From the NCBI GenBank assembly GCA_051294375.1, contig JBJCIZ010000239.1:3824402-3888401 (forward strand): a DNA stretch of 64,000 bases, in the 5' to 3' direction. The notes under the pieces were generated by a model. That model ran no database searches. It saw nothing but the letters and a program-made list of their open reading frames with translations, and was not told the origin of the DNA. Positions 11,268-24,283 of this stretch are shown here, one piece after another. The position numbers were made by a program, and so were the translations under genes. This DNA is from Paraspadella gotoi. Lineage: Eukaryota; Animalia; Chaetognatha. Position 1 is the first letter of the stretch. Each line of letters begins with the position of its first letter.

Positions 11268-14200
11268 AGAAGAGGAGAGAGAAGAGAGAGAAGGGAGAGA
11301 GCAGAGAGAGGAGGGAGGNNNNNNNNNNNNNNNNNNNNNNNNNGTTCTACTCACTCACCTTCCGCGGGTGGTAGAAAACTCATCGTACCCATGGCAACTC
11401 GGGTCGGACCCCGTTGGGCGGGATTTCGACATCCGTCTCGACGTATTCTCATAACGTCGTCATGCTCGGACTAGACTCGCGGGGAAGACGACAGTTCCTT
11501 ATCGCTAACTGGATATACGTCAAACATGATCGATAGGTGTCTGCGGCAGATGAGGTAAGCAATGGTGCTACGCCTTTCCCAGAGCGCCCGATTCTGCTAG
11601 TCTTAACCCAAATATGTTTTTTAAAACTTTAAATAATCCGCGAAACTAATCCCGTTACTTAATCCTGAACCTAACCTAAAGCCACGTATGGATATTTCCA
11701 ATTTTAGATATAAAAAAAGAGGCATCTGGAAAGTATAGAGTGCATAGGAGGAGTGCCGCTGGCTGAGTGTGTTAATAGTAACGTATAGTATGTATGTAAT
11801 GCTTAGATTCAATATTATCTATAGAATATACTTGACACAAGGGAAGGGATAATTCGGAGTGAGAGGTCTTTAAACGGGCCGAGTTTCGTCTTATTCCTCC
11901 GACGCAACAGTCCGCTCTCGGGCGTTGAACTCGAAGTCAAGAGAAACACTATGCTGAACACGATGATAAAATCTGAACAATTAATGTAATTATTCATTCA
12001 ATCGATAAGAGAACTAATCTTACCTATTTAATTTGATTAGCAGGACACATCACTCTTTAATCACTCAGACTTTCACACAGATTTAACACCAATTTTGGCT
12101 TGGCTTCCCTACTAATGAAAGGACTAAGATATTTTTTAAACCTCACAATATTCACACCAATAAAAATCTATCCAATTCATTTCATGATGGATAGTCTGAT
12201 CTTGGAACGATCGATGCGTTTCGGTACAGGCTTTGGGATGCTTTAAGGCGCTCTCGCAGCCCGTAACAGCCTGGTTGCCGGTGATGCCGCATTGGGATGG
12301 GACAGAGAGCATCTCACTGTTGGGCTTTCGGGCTTCATCGAGCTCCTGCAGTGACGTCCTGAGCTGATGGTGGTTGCTCCCTCTGAGCCAATGGACCGGT
12401 TATGGCTGACACGATGGGTGACGCTGCAGTAGGTGTGTTGAATATATCCGGCCACACCATCGGATCAACTCTTACGAAGTATAAATTAGAGAGAGACAAG
12501 ATTTTCACTCAAGACTATCTGTTCACTCAATAAACTTAATCACTGATATAATTTACATTCCTATCTTCATTGTCAACTAAGTTTTCGTTTCAATTTCAAA
12601 TTCCTTTTTTTTTTTTTTCATTGATTCATTTTAAATTTTCGAATTAAACCTTAGGTCGTTGCTCTTTTTTTTATCGAAATCGAAAACCGGATCTCTGGTC
12701 GATGAAGGGCGTGAGAAATCAAGAGTAGAACTATTATTTTGTCTCAGTTGACGAAACTTTTCCTATAATCTTTGCCTTTGCTGAGTAAATAATCGTATTA
12801 ATCTATCATTAGCGGAACGCTTCCGCAGTAAAATAATTGAACAATTGAATCAATTGATCAGAATTGGAACAAACTCTATACAAAAATATTAATTCATTCA
12901 TTGATGAAATAAGCTATCTTGCCCCTGACTTTGAGACAGGCTTTGGTTGGTTTAAATGCCCGCAGTTTCGGATCAGATAATCACACGCATGCAGGAAGCG
13001 GGAGCATATCGGGCTCGAAACACCCGACCTAATTTGGTGAATTTTTAAAGTCCATCACTCTGAAAGATTTATCATTTAAAGAGTTTCAAACCTAAAACAT
13101 AACGACCCCGCTAAAAATAACCTAAAAGTAAGTTTCACCCACCGACAGACTCGTTTTCTTAACTTCTTTAAAAAAAAAAAAAATATCGCCGTCTCTTGCG
13201 CCGAGAGAAGGAAACCTGACACTCCCCAAGAATACCTTTCTTGGGAATGATTAACCGCAGAAATGTAAACAATGAATCAAAATATCGAATCAATAGAGAC
13301 GGAAGCGTGCTCCCTTCACCCACTTAGACTTTTCTACTCTTAAAACCCTGGACGAGTTCTGTGATCGCAGCCTTTTGTCATGCGCGACGGAACTTGGAGG
13401 ATTTTTTTTTTTTAGAAGGATTTTATCGTTTTTGATATCTGTTTTTAAATACCAAAAAAAAAACACATATGGATCATGTTTTATTTATTATTTTTTCGAG
13501 TTATACATTATCAGTTGTATGTCATGATAAATAACGAAGCTCAAGAAAAAATAAAACAAAACGACCAAGTTCTTCAGAAGACAAGTTATTTCTTAAACTA
13601 TATGTATTAATAACAAAACAAGTTCTTTTTTTTCTTTTTAAAAGTATGCAAATAAGCGACGAAAGCATCCGTTTGCTCCCCCTCCTCTTCCTCCTCATAA
13701 ATTTCAACCACCGGAGAAGACGGATCATACGTCCTCTTCCTCCTCCCTATATTTAACACTACAACAAAGAGGATCGTCCACTTCGCTCTCGGATCGAGAG
13801 TCACCCTGATTTTTCGTTTTCGATGAAACTGAATGATTTAACGAAGAAAGAAAAAAAATCGACGACAGACGAAACAAAAACATAAAAAATAAAAACGAGT
13901 TAGCAAAACAAGAACAAAAAAAAACAGACGCCGAAGAAAGTAATAAAATAGGTCAGACGTGAACGAGCTCGGACCCCAATAATTTTAAACGAAAGCGGGT
14001 TCCCATCGCGAAAAACCTTTCCGGTCCTATTTTTGAAAACAACCCTCTTTTCAGCATTAATAAGAATTAGTAAGATTAAAGAGTTGGATTGAATGAGGCT
14101 CGGTTTGTATTACAGGGGCCGCACAACCCGACATAAGCACAGTGATCATACTCTACGAATGGGCGACATGCGAGACACACTGTAATCAGTGTGTAGTCCA

Positions 14201-16409
14201 GAGCTCTTGATCTGGGCAGTAAAGGTACCACTGCCACAGGACGGGTTCACCCGGATCCATCCCCAAATTTCTACATGACACCTCAGAGATGCTTTGAAAC
14301 CAGGGAACACGAACAGGATCATCGAGATGTCGTTGCATTTATCTCACTGAGAGCCGACTGAGAGCACTGCCGAAAGAAACAGCTTTTAATACCATCTGTG
14401 GTGATAAGGACCCCAGACAAGCGCCCACCAGGAACTCTTAAGAATATGAGAAAGGATTTCGCACATGAAGTCGGAAGGGGATGAAGCGCACATGTCTCTC
14501 CGCTGAATCGCTCTCTTCATTCTGGTGGCCATTATGAAACTTTAGAGGTGGCAGCTGCGTAGCTCAACCACATCAAGTGGCAGGAGGAGATATTATCATG
14601 CCCGGGTTGCGGTATGTATACGTCAAACGGGTGTCAGTTCACTGCCACAAACGTCGCAGGCTCACCATTTGAAGAGGCTGGTTTACAGGCGCCACAACCC
14701 GCAGCAGTGTCAGCCCGTCGGCTGCGAGTGCAGCGAAGAAACAGCAATGTTCATGTAGTTGGGCACTCTGCCTAGAGGGCCCATGCCTACGGCGGGTTAC
14801 CCCGGTCCATCCACTTTCTACATGACAACCACTCAGGGCTTAACATGGGACAGCACATTGGGATGGTGCATTAAAGTCACTGAGCCACTGAGGCCGCTGC
14901 GAAAAGAAACAGCTTAATCCATCTGTGGTGATAGACACCAGAGGATAAGGGTTGTGGTTTGGGATTAGGTTAAATGATTAAGTACAGGATTTGATTACAG
15001 ATTATGAAGTACGAGATAGGGGTAATACTGTTTAAAAATTAAGGTTAGAGATTAGGTAAAAATAAGGGTTAAGATTAGATAATGATTAGTAATCCTAGAC
15101 TAATACACGTACCCAAACGCCTTCTTTCTCCCTTAGCCTCACACGGTGGCGCCGCGGCGTTTCCTTCGTCGTCGGATTGTCGCGGTAGTAGACAACACTC
15201 CGTCACTCGTGCCGTTCGTAACGAGGCGTACGGACCTATCGTATTCGTCGGGATTCAGTCGATGCGGACAGAATGGAGGAGGCGAGGTCGAGAGAAAGGG
15301 GAGAGAAAGAGGGATAAGGTTGAGGCACTGTTTTCTGAAAGTACCTCTTTTCTGAATTTTTTTTTTAGTTTTTAATATTTGTTTACGTATATTTTAAACG
15401 TTATAAACTAATCCGTACCCTATCCCAAACCTTAATTCTCTAACAGCCTAACACTAATCCTGACTCTAACCCTAAAACCTCTGACCCCTGATATTTAACT
15501 CTAAACCTCTAACCCTAAATGTTAATCAGGGTATATAAACATAAAGAGAACGGACATCAAAAAAATCTATTTTTCATAAATAATCAATAGTTTTTCTATT
15601 CAGTCATCACTTCCACTTTTCTCTTTTTTTTTTTAAGGACTGAATTATTTAAAACAATAAAAATGCCAGATAATGGGGCGTCCCTCGTTTTCGCTGGCTG
15701 GCCAACAACACAGGTAAAGAAAAACCTTTTTTAATTTTTTTTTTTCAATTACTGACATATTGTAAAAGACCCCGTCCGCTCGAAAAAAACCAACAAGTCA
15801 AATTTCAAAACTTTTCTGTCGATCGAACAAAGTAATGAACCACGTCCGTTCGCCCCTACTGTGAACGCGCTGCTAGCGATACCGAACCTCGATCCAGTGG
15901 ACGTACAATTGATAATTAGCTTTTCATGGGATAATTGGCGAAGAAAAAAGCGACGTCATTGGATTTTAATCTTTAAATTGTAACTCAAGGAAATTTGGAG
16001 AAAAAAAAGAAGAGTCGTCTTAAAAATTAACCTGTCAAAAGCTTTATATTTGTTATGAAGATTATCTTATTGTTAGGGTGTGTACTCTATAATTTTTGTT
16101 TTCTTCACTCCTTCCACTCCCTATACGGACCTCCTACACGCCCTGTTTCCACCTCTCACCAACCTCTTCCATCTCACACTACGTCCTCTTCTAACTCCCA
16201 CCGACGTTCTATTCCTCCTCCCACCACGTTCTATCTCCTCCGCACCATCGCCCTCTTCAACATCGCCGCCGCAGGAGCCTTCCGGGCGCCTTGGAGAACC
16301 GTCGAGTTGGAATGAAGCGACTTTCCATGAATAGAGTTAACGCCTCTTGGTCATCCTCTGGGACGTCGCCTTCCTGCTGCGCAATCACTGGTGGGTGGTG
16401 TGTGTGAGA

Positions 16410-16464
<55 letters not shown>

Positions 16465-16957
16465 AAGGAGAGGAAGAGAGAGAGAGAGGATATTAAAACT
16501 TTTTAGAATGAATCAACGAATGCCATAGAGATATTAAACCTTTTAAATGATCTATCAATGAGTTATTTGATTGCAATCTTTTAAAATTAAAATCAAACTC
16601 AGAAAGATTTTAAATTCGTTTAGCATATTTTTTTTATATTTGTAAATATAAATAATTTAAAAAAAAAACAACAACAAATTCATTTTCTCTTCCTCAGGCG
16701 ACGGTCTGGACGACAGTCTCGAGAAACTTCACTCGCTCGTCGTGGAACGCCGACGACGAACGAAGGAGCGACCGACCTCTGGACTCGGAACCGGTCGTCG
16801 ACTCTCTTCCGGCTCTCGAGGCCCTCGGACGAGCGGAGACTTTTCCCGGAAAAACTCGACCACCAGCGAAGCGGGATTTCTTCCCAAACAAAGGAGCATC
16901 ACGGGTTTCGGCAGCGGGTCGACCAGTAGCGCCTCTTTCGGAGATAGGGGATCCTGA
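6065..16957 (+). CDS. ARL4: ADP-ribosylation factor-like GTPase of the ARL4 family; exons 6065-6264, 9101-9254, 10033-10105, 11108-11216, 16698-16957
   Basis: MGN myristoylation start, [15 protein letters not shown] (P-loop), [56 protein letters not shown]: close to vertebrate ARL4A/C/D. GT-AG sites with matching phases (1,2,0,1). Exon 1 has two single-base frameshifts, probably assembly errors. Confidence 0.93.
6274..6439. mobile_element. MITE with about 28-bp imperfect TIRs (GGCCTTATTTTCCCAAAACGCCCC) and degenerate CCCTAA/TTAGGG interior; copies at about 415-680, 8577-9030, 9296-9570, 32360-32587, 42620-42860, 47381-47914, 53180-53527, 59252-59792
   Basis: Ends such as 59252 ggccttattttcccaaaacgccccattt and 59792 ...aaatggggcgctttcggaaaagagagcc; interiors of taaccctaatcc-type repeats. 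TSD not resolved. Confidence 0.7.
6888..7056 (-). mobile_element. 169-bp solo-LTR-like insertion with 4-bp TSD (CCTC), nested in a copy of the TGAAATTGG repeat family
   Basis: The host consensus aaggcctc|catcactcttacaag is split here as ggcctc[tacggc...gccaca]cctccatcac. On the - strand the ends are TGTGGC...GCCGTA, a degenerate TG...CA. Confidence 0.65.
8720..8961. mobile_element. 242-bp TG...CA element (solo-LTR-like) with TSD TAGGGT and an internal tRNA-like module on the - strand
   Basis: tagggt[tgaagaga...gtccacca]tagggt; absent from the duplicate copy (empty site near 15016). The - strand has ttcgcctccaacgccaaaggtccgggttctagcc, a tRNA-Gly-like arm with a B-box-like GGTTCTAGCC. Confidence 0.7.
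10576..10866 (+). mobile_element. Unclassified ~235-bp interspersed repeat (TGAAATTGGTACAACC family) with AT-rich tail; partial copies at about 1285-1350, 6660-7130, 7455-7530, 9735-9830, 30130-30240(-), 35115-35360(-), 57485-57600, 62210-62350(-)
   Basis: Recurring core aattatccattcatttaataaataagctatcttacccctgactttggacaggctttggtggtttaaggcc. This copy is missing at the equivalent site of the duplicate (about 16045). Confidence 0.75.
11344..16490 (+). repeat. Indel-rich tandem duplicate of about 6040-11300 (ARL4 exons 1-4); probable long-read or alternative-haplotype gap fill rather than a real pseudogene
   Basis: Starts directly after the N gap at 11319-11343; colinear with the first copy, with scattered 1-2 bp indels in exons and introns alike; differs by whole TE insertions. 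Confidence 0.85.
14090..14942 (-). mobile_element. TRIM-like non-autonomous LTR retroelement: LTRs about 14090-14419 and 14670-14942, ~250-bp interior, tRNA-Trp-like PBS, TSD GGAT
   Basis: Direct repeats tgaa(t)gaggct...ccatctgtggtgata(a)g..ccaga. On the - strand the LTR ends ...cctcttCA, then aa, then TGGTGAGCCTGCGACGT (tRNA-Trp PBS is TGGTGACCCCGACGT). ggat at 14086-14089 and 14943-14946; empty site at about 8640. Confidence 0.8.
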
Positions 16958-18798
16958 GAATTTCTTGCCTTTGACTTTTGTTTTTTTTGTTTTTTTTTTT
17001 TGGACTTGATATGTTTTGTGTCGTCTTAAAATATCGCTTAATTGGTAATATTTTAATTTTGGCCGCGTGACTATATTGGTTGTTGTTGTTTTTTTTTGTT
17101 TTTTTTTAATAAATGCTTCTTGTATTGATTAATTTTTAATTGTTTTGAGTGGAAAAGATTCGTTAGATATAGAATCTCTTTTTCAATTGTTTAAAAAAAA
17201 AACTAACTAAATCTCTTTTAAATCATTCATGAAAGACGTTGAAGGAAAAAATGTTATAACTTATACAACAAAAAGTAAGAAAACAGCGCAACAAAGGTAT
17301 AAATAATATCATATATCGCTTTGATAAATGCGAGAGAGAGAGAGAGAAAGAGCCGTTGAAGATAAATTTGACTAGACCTTGATTTTGGAATTAGAAAGAA
17401 GTACAACGAAGATTACAGATTTAGTTTCCAATTATCTCTGTCATTATATATCTCTTCGCGTAACGCATAATACCTATCACTACAATAGGCATTTAAAATG
17501 AGCAAAACAAAACAAAAAAAAACTCATTCAAAGAATTGCATGACCAGCTGAGTAAAGAGTAATTCATAACAGTATGCAATAGTTCAACGGAAAAAAAAGA
17601 CGTGCTTATTTAATATATAAAAAAAAATTGTGAAATATTAAACGTAACGCGGATAATTTTAGCAGATAAAAATGCTTCCAATTTGATTTCAACCCACAAA
17701 AAACAAAAAAAGAAAATTTAGCACCTCATGTGAGTCAACAAACGTTTAAGGATTGGATTCACGCGTTTACTCTGTGAACGGGTTGCTTAAAAATTGGAAT
17801 GATGTACAATGCGGTCAATAAAAAAGGTCTCTCGTCATATTTTTAAGCTTTTATTAGTACAAATGCCACTCGTTTTTTTTAACGGAAGATGGGCCATTTT
17901 ATTTAAAGACGAAAGGTTGGGCTTGAAGTTAGACAGCTGCGGTGTGAGGTTAAATTGTTAGATTATGTTTACGAGATTATTTCTTCCAGTCAAACTTTTA
18001 AGAGCAAAAAAAATGCTGATAGTGCTTCAGTAAACATTTAAAAAACAAAAATATGCTGAAACCATTACGTATGTAACACTTTAACATCTGCATAGAGAAA
18101 GTGAAACCGAAAACTAAACATAAGTAAACAACAATGCCATGCTTATATGTAGTAACACAATATTATGCAGTAACTCTTTTTATAAGAAACATTTTAGATA
18201 ATGGATGAGCAGAGGCAGACACAACATCAAGATTTTGGGGTTTAATTGGTTTAAATCGACCATTTTCATACTCAAAACTTTAAAAGGAAGACATCGTAAA
18301 TAAATAATATTAGTATATTAAGCATTAATTAGGGTCGAGGAAATCCCAGAAATTATTGAATTTGTTACTCAATTGTCATTGTCCCGTTTTTTTAACGGAA
18401 AATCCTTAAATAGCTTTAACGAATTTATAACGGAAATCTAGTTTTTAATTACTACTAATTAAGTTTGATTGAGAGTTTTTAAAATTGATATTTGATAGAA
18501 AAAACAATCTTCCGTGTACTTTCAATGTAAAAAAAGTTCACAAAAAGGGGTCTCGTTACGCGAAGAGCTATTCTAAGAAAAACATTTCATAAAATATTTT
18601 TTTTTAGAAAAAAATTAGTATTTCGCGTCAAATTTTTTCTAACAGAGTTTTTTTTCATCGATTACAAAAAAGTGAACTGAACTAAAGTCCACGACTGCTC
18701 TAGAAGAATAAAATTTTTGTGGCATTAATGTTTCGTTAACTTGTGTATTAAAGATTGAAATCAAATTTTTAAAAAAAGAAAAAAAACAAAACAACGTT

Positions 18799-19225
18799 TA
18801 TCAAGGCGACGATAGAGACTGGAATGAGCAGCGCGTCAGGATTGGAAGCGCTACTCGAATCGGCGCCTGAATGTCGTCGCTGCGTTGCAAAGAATCCCCT
18901 CCGACCCTACCGTTTTGGAGCATCAAACACGGGTCAGGTTGCCTGGCAAGAGAAGGAAACGGGAGAATGACGAGTTAGAAAAGGGAAATCGGTAGGGGAA
19001 CCGGTTAAAACTTCTGTCGTTGACGGGATTAAAGTGAATAATGAATATTGAATAATGATTTTATGTTTAATGATGCTTAATTTTGCATGACGGGATGAGA
19101 CGTGTTTTGAGTGCAACTTTTGTTTGGTGTTTTACGGAAAGAGGCAGTAGTGGATTCCTCCTGCTTCTCTCTCTCTCTCTGGCCCTCTCTGCTCTCTCTC
19201 TCTCTCGTCGCTCTCTCTTCTCTCT

Positions 19226-19259
<34 letters not shown>

Positions 19260-19824
19260 CTTTCTCTTCTCTCTCTCTCTCTCATCGTCTCTCTCCTCTC
19301 ACTCCTCTCTCTCTCTCTCTCTCCTTTTTCGAGATTCCTGCCCTTTTTTCGCCTTCGACAATCATCACTTCGGTTAATATATTTAATTATTTTTTCTCCC
19401 CAAATAATTCTTTTTTTAATTTTTTTTGAATTATCGAGTTCGTTTGATTGGACTGTTTACAAACGATTCACGATTCAAGCATCGACCGATGGATGGATTC
19501 CAAAAGACTCACCGACTTTTCGTCGTGGTATGTCGTGGGCTCTAAGTTTTGTCGTGCAGCGAGTTGCTCCTTACGACGATCTTCGTCGGTGCAGTTCCGA
19601 TGAGGTAAGTGTAATTTTGTGAGAAATGTTGCGGTCGCCGATTCCAAGAATGAAGGTGACAGGCGTTTGCCAGTTCCGTCTGTCCGTTTGAGGAAAGGGA
19701 TTTTTCGATTCTTCAGTTTAATACGAAATTTTTTTACGATCATATCTTTGAGTCAAAGATTGAACAATGGTTGACATTTGAGAGGATTTAAGTAGATATG
19801 GCGTCAATTGGGCTTAAAGAGAGT

Positions 19825-19869
<45 letters not shown>

Positions 19870-19981
19870 AGAGAGGGAGAGAGAGAGATTGTCAGTTTAA
19901 TACAATTTTTTTTTACGACATATTCTTTTGACAATGGTGACTAATTTGGAGACGATTTAGTACATATGGCGTCAATGAGCT

Positions 19982-20054
<73 letters not shown>

Positions 20055-20065
20055 AAAGAGAGAAG

Positions 20066-20144
<79 letters not shown>

Positions 20145-21410
20145 GAGAGAGTTTCACTGATTTCCTTCGCACAATATCGTTTCGATAATCACAGGTTTTT
20201 CACGTTGGAATCGAAGGTGTTTACTGAATAGAAGCGAAACCAAAAGGAAAAACATCGCTAAAAAAAAAAAATAATCCTTCATATCTTTGCGGATTTATTG
20301 GCGAATATCCTTTCCGCTTTTTTCCCCTTCGATATTCATCCATTTTTTGTTTATATGACTCTCCGAAGAGGGTTTGTTTTCTACTGTTTTTTTAGGGCCC
20401 TTTATTCTTGGTAAAAATAGTATTAATATGGTTTCTTTTTGTTTTGTTTTTGAATAATCCCTGGAACTTAAATTTATTTAGAAAACAAAATTATTTTTTT
20501 TCTTTAAAAAAAAAAATTCATCTTTGCGGATCGCTAGCACTTTAGACTTTAATGACTAGTCATTTTAGACTTTAGACCTTTGACCCTTTAGAACTTTAGA
20601 CTGTAGTGTTAGAACTGGGAGAGGGGTCCGGGTTTGGGAGGGGGGGGGAGGGCCGGAATAGCCTCCAACGACAAAAAGAACTTTATAAAGGGAGAAAAAA
20701 TTTTTAAAAGGCTCTATCAATTAACTCAATTATCAATTTTAATAAAAGCTGTAGTATTTTCATACACCGCTAGTCCGTCGAGAGGTAGGTGAAGTAGGTA
20801 GCCGCGAACTCCTCAGCCCAGAAAGGACTCGGTTGGCGGCCCTGCTGATTTCACACAAGAAGCGCGACGGGGCGTCTAACTCACTGTAGTGATGACTACA
20901 GCCCGATCCGAAGTTCGGACCGGTGAACTGCTCGCGGAATCGTTTTCCCACAGCACTCAATTAAGTGAAACATTACGCGTAACTATAATTACGTAATCTA
21001 TTCACAAGCATAGCGACTTTCATCCCAAATAAAAAGGGGGTTAGGATTATTTGAGTCTCCAGTGGGCAAGCCAAGACATTAGTGAAGGGGCTCTCCTCAA
21101 CGCAACTCGAAGTGTGTAATTTTATAAAAATAAAATTTTCAAATAAAAATTTCTCGAAATTAACAATAATAAACGAATCGAACCCAAGTTATGATCATAT
21201 CGCCACAACTCACAGCTTTGCGCCTGCAGATTAGCGGTGTCGTTGATCGTGTAACACTCTGCGACCGGCGCTGAAAGCGGGAAAGCCGATCAAGAAAGAC
21301 GCCGAGTACGAGAACCGCGCGAAGACGACGGAGACGACGGCGCTTCCGATCTGGGCGCGGCGGCGACCCGGACGAAACCGGCGCGTCGATGGGCGTGCAC
21401 TTCGTCCATT
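18799..21410 (-). pseudogene. Frameshifted duplicate of the Ly6/uPAR gene (more likely error-laden allelic sequence than a true pseudogene)
   Basis: Same three exons as 23063-25547 but with multiple indels. Confidence 0.55.
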
Positions 21411-23062
21411 CGTCGGCAGGGGCGCCGCGTTAAAAAAACAAAAAAACAAAAACAAAAAACTCGTTCGTTTTTTTTTCATTTATCTTGTTTTTTTTTTTTC
21501 TGGTCGTTGATTTTGTTTTCAGTGCAAATAATAAAAGGAATATAAACAGACGAGAGAGAGATGGAGAACGACAAAGGAAGGGAGAGAGAAGAGGAGAAGA
21601 GAGAGACAACCAGACAGAAGCAAGGACGTCCCGGGAGCGAGGAATTCGCTGCGACCGCACCGACGACTGCGGACGCCATCAGGCGCCGGCGGAAGACGGC
21701 TGCCGCTTCCTTGGCCTCATCGGTGGCATCTGCTGCGTCAGCTGGCATCGGCGCAGGACGCGTGCTCTCTCTCTCTTTCTCATCTCCTTCTCTCCTCGTT
21801 CATATTAGGTGCAGAGTATACAAAACTACGCTCTATCGCATGTTTGGCAAAGCTTAGATTGAAACGAAAATACAGAAGTTAACGAATTGCAGTCGGAAAT
21901 TGAAATCAATGAAATCAATAGCTTGGTCATTTGTACGGGTCGAGCAGGAATTCGTTTATATTTTCATTTAATTTATATGTATTAGATAATATGAATATAG
22001 AATAAGAATACATAGACTGAATATACTTTTTTTTTTTACTATTGGGAAATGCGTGAGCAAATACAAAACAATGGGGATATTGTAGATGCGATCGCCGCCT
22101 CAGGTCATGTTCTCTGTCGTCAAAACATTTCCCTTATGTTTTGAAATTCCTCTCACTGGCCTTTTGTTCATTTTCCTTTCGATTTTACCGAGAGATGTCG
22201 CGCTGTAAAGTGGACAAACGGAAACAACGTCTGGACAAAAGACAAACGCAATCGAAGGCCGCCTCATCTCCCGCTGCCCGCTAAATTTCCAAATTTAGGG
22301 TTTTTAAAACTTTGTCCACAAAGTGAGAGAAACCGCAATTGCAAAAGCGGAAAAGTGTCCCCAATATATTTAAAGATTATTGTTTATTACATTATAAACA
22401 ATTAACGAAACCCTTAGAAAATATTTTCGTATGATTCATAATACCTTTTNNNNNNNNNNNNNNNNNNNNNNNNNTATAAGAAACATTTTAGATAATGGAT
22501 TGAGCAGAGCAGACAACATCAAGATTTTGGGGTTTATTGGTTTTAAATCGACCATTTCATACTCAAAACTTTAAAGGAAGACCATGTAAATAAAAATATA
22601 GTATATTAGCATTAATTAGGGTCGAGGAAATCCCAAATTATTGAATTTTTTACTCAATGTCGTTGTCCCGTTTTTTTAAACGGAAAATCCGTAAATAGCT
22701 TTAACGAATTTATAACGGAAATCTAGTTTTAATTACTACTAATTAAGTTTGATTGAGAGTTTTTAAAATTGATATTTGATAGAAAAACAATCTTCCGTGT
22801 ACTTTCATGTAAAAAAGTTCACAAAAAGGGTCTCGTACGCGAAGAGCTATTCTAAGAAAAACATTCATAAAATATTTTTTTTTAGAAAAAAATTAGTATT
22901 CGTCATTTTTCTAACAGAGTTTTTTTTTTCATCGATTACAAAAAAGTGAACATAACTAAAGTCCACGACTGCTCTAAAGAATAATTTTGTGCATTAATGT
23001 TCGTTAACTTGTGTATTAAATGAAACAAATTTTAAAAAAACAAAAAAACAAAACAACGTTTA

Positions 23063-23975
23063 TCAAAGGCGACGATAGAGACTTGGAATGAGCAGCGCCG
23101 TCAGGATTGGAAGCGCGACTCGATCGGCGCCTAATGTCGCGGCTGCGTTGCAAAGATCACCGTTTGAGCACAAACACGTCAGGTTGCCTGGCAACGGAGA
23201 AGAAACGGAGAATGAACGAGTTAGAAAAGGGAAATCGGTAGGGGACGGTTAAACTTCTGTCGTTGACGGCGATTAAGTGAATAATGAATATTGAATAATG
23301 ATTTTATGTTTAANNNNNNNNNNNNNNNNNNNNNNNNNNNNNNNNNNNNNNNNNNNNNNNNNNNNNNNNNNNNNNNNNNNNNNNNNNNNNNNNNNNNNNN
23401 NNNNNNNNNNNNNNNNNNNNNNNNNNNNNNNNNNNNNNNNNNNNNNNNNNNNNNNNNNNNNNNNNNNNNNNNNNNNNNNNNNNNNNNNNNNNNNNNNTTT
23501 TCGAGATCCCCCTTTTTCGCCTTCGACAATCCTCACTTCGGTTAATATATTTAATTATTTTTTCTCCCCAAATAATTCTTTTTAATCTTTTTTAATATCG
23601 AGTTCGTTCGATGACGTTTACAAACGATTCACGATTCACGCATCGACCGATGGATGGATTCACAAAAACTCACCGACTTTTCCGTCGTGTATGTCGTGGG
23701 CTCTAGTTTTGTCGGTGCAGGCGAGTTGCTCCTTACCGACGACTTCGTCGGTGCAGCCGATGAGGTAAGTGTATTTGTGAAAATGTTGCGTCGCCAGATT
23801 CCAAGAATGAACGGTGACGCGTTTGCAGTTCGTCTGTCCGTTTGAGGAAAGGGATTTTCCATTCTCAGTTTAATACAATTTTTTTCACGATCATATCTTT
23901 GAGTCAAAGATTGAACAATGGTTGACATTTGAGAGGATTTAAGTAGATATGGCGTCAATTGGGCTTAAAGAGAGT

Positions 23976-24020
<45 letters not shown>

Positions 24021-24160
24021 AGAGAGGGAGAGAGAGAGATTGTCAGTTAATTACAATTTGTTTTACGACTATTCTTTGACATGGTTGACTAATTTGGGAG
24101 ATTTAGTACATATGGCGTCAATGAGCCTAAGAGAAGGAGAGAGAGATGAGAGAGAGAGAT

Positions 24161-24198
<38 letters not shown>

Positions 24199-24207
24199 AA
24201 AGAGAGA

Positions 24208-24238
<31 letters not shown>

Positions 24239-24243
24239 GAGAG

Positions 24244-24283
<40 letters not shown>

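Noticed and set aside
14340-14385. Hammerhead-like ctgagag...gaaa in the TRIM LTR (retrozyme hypothesis)
   Set aside because: The core is incomplete in both LTRs, stems II and III are not convincing, and it lies antisense to the PBS-defined strand; worth rechecking after polishing.
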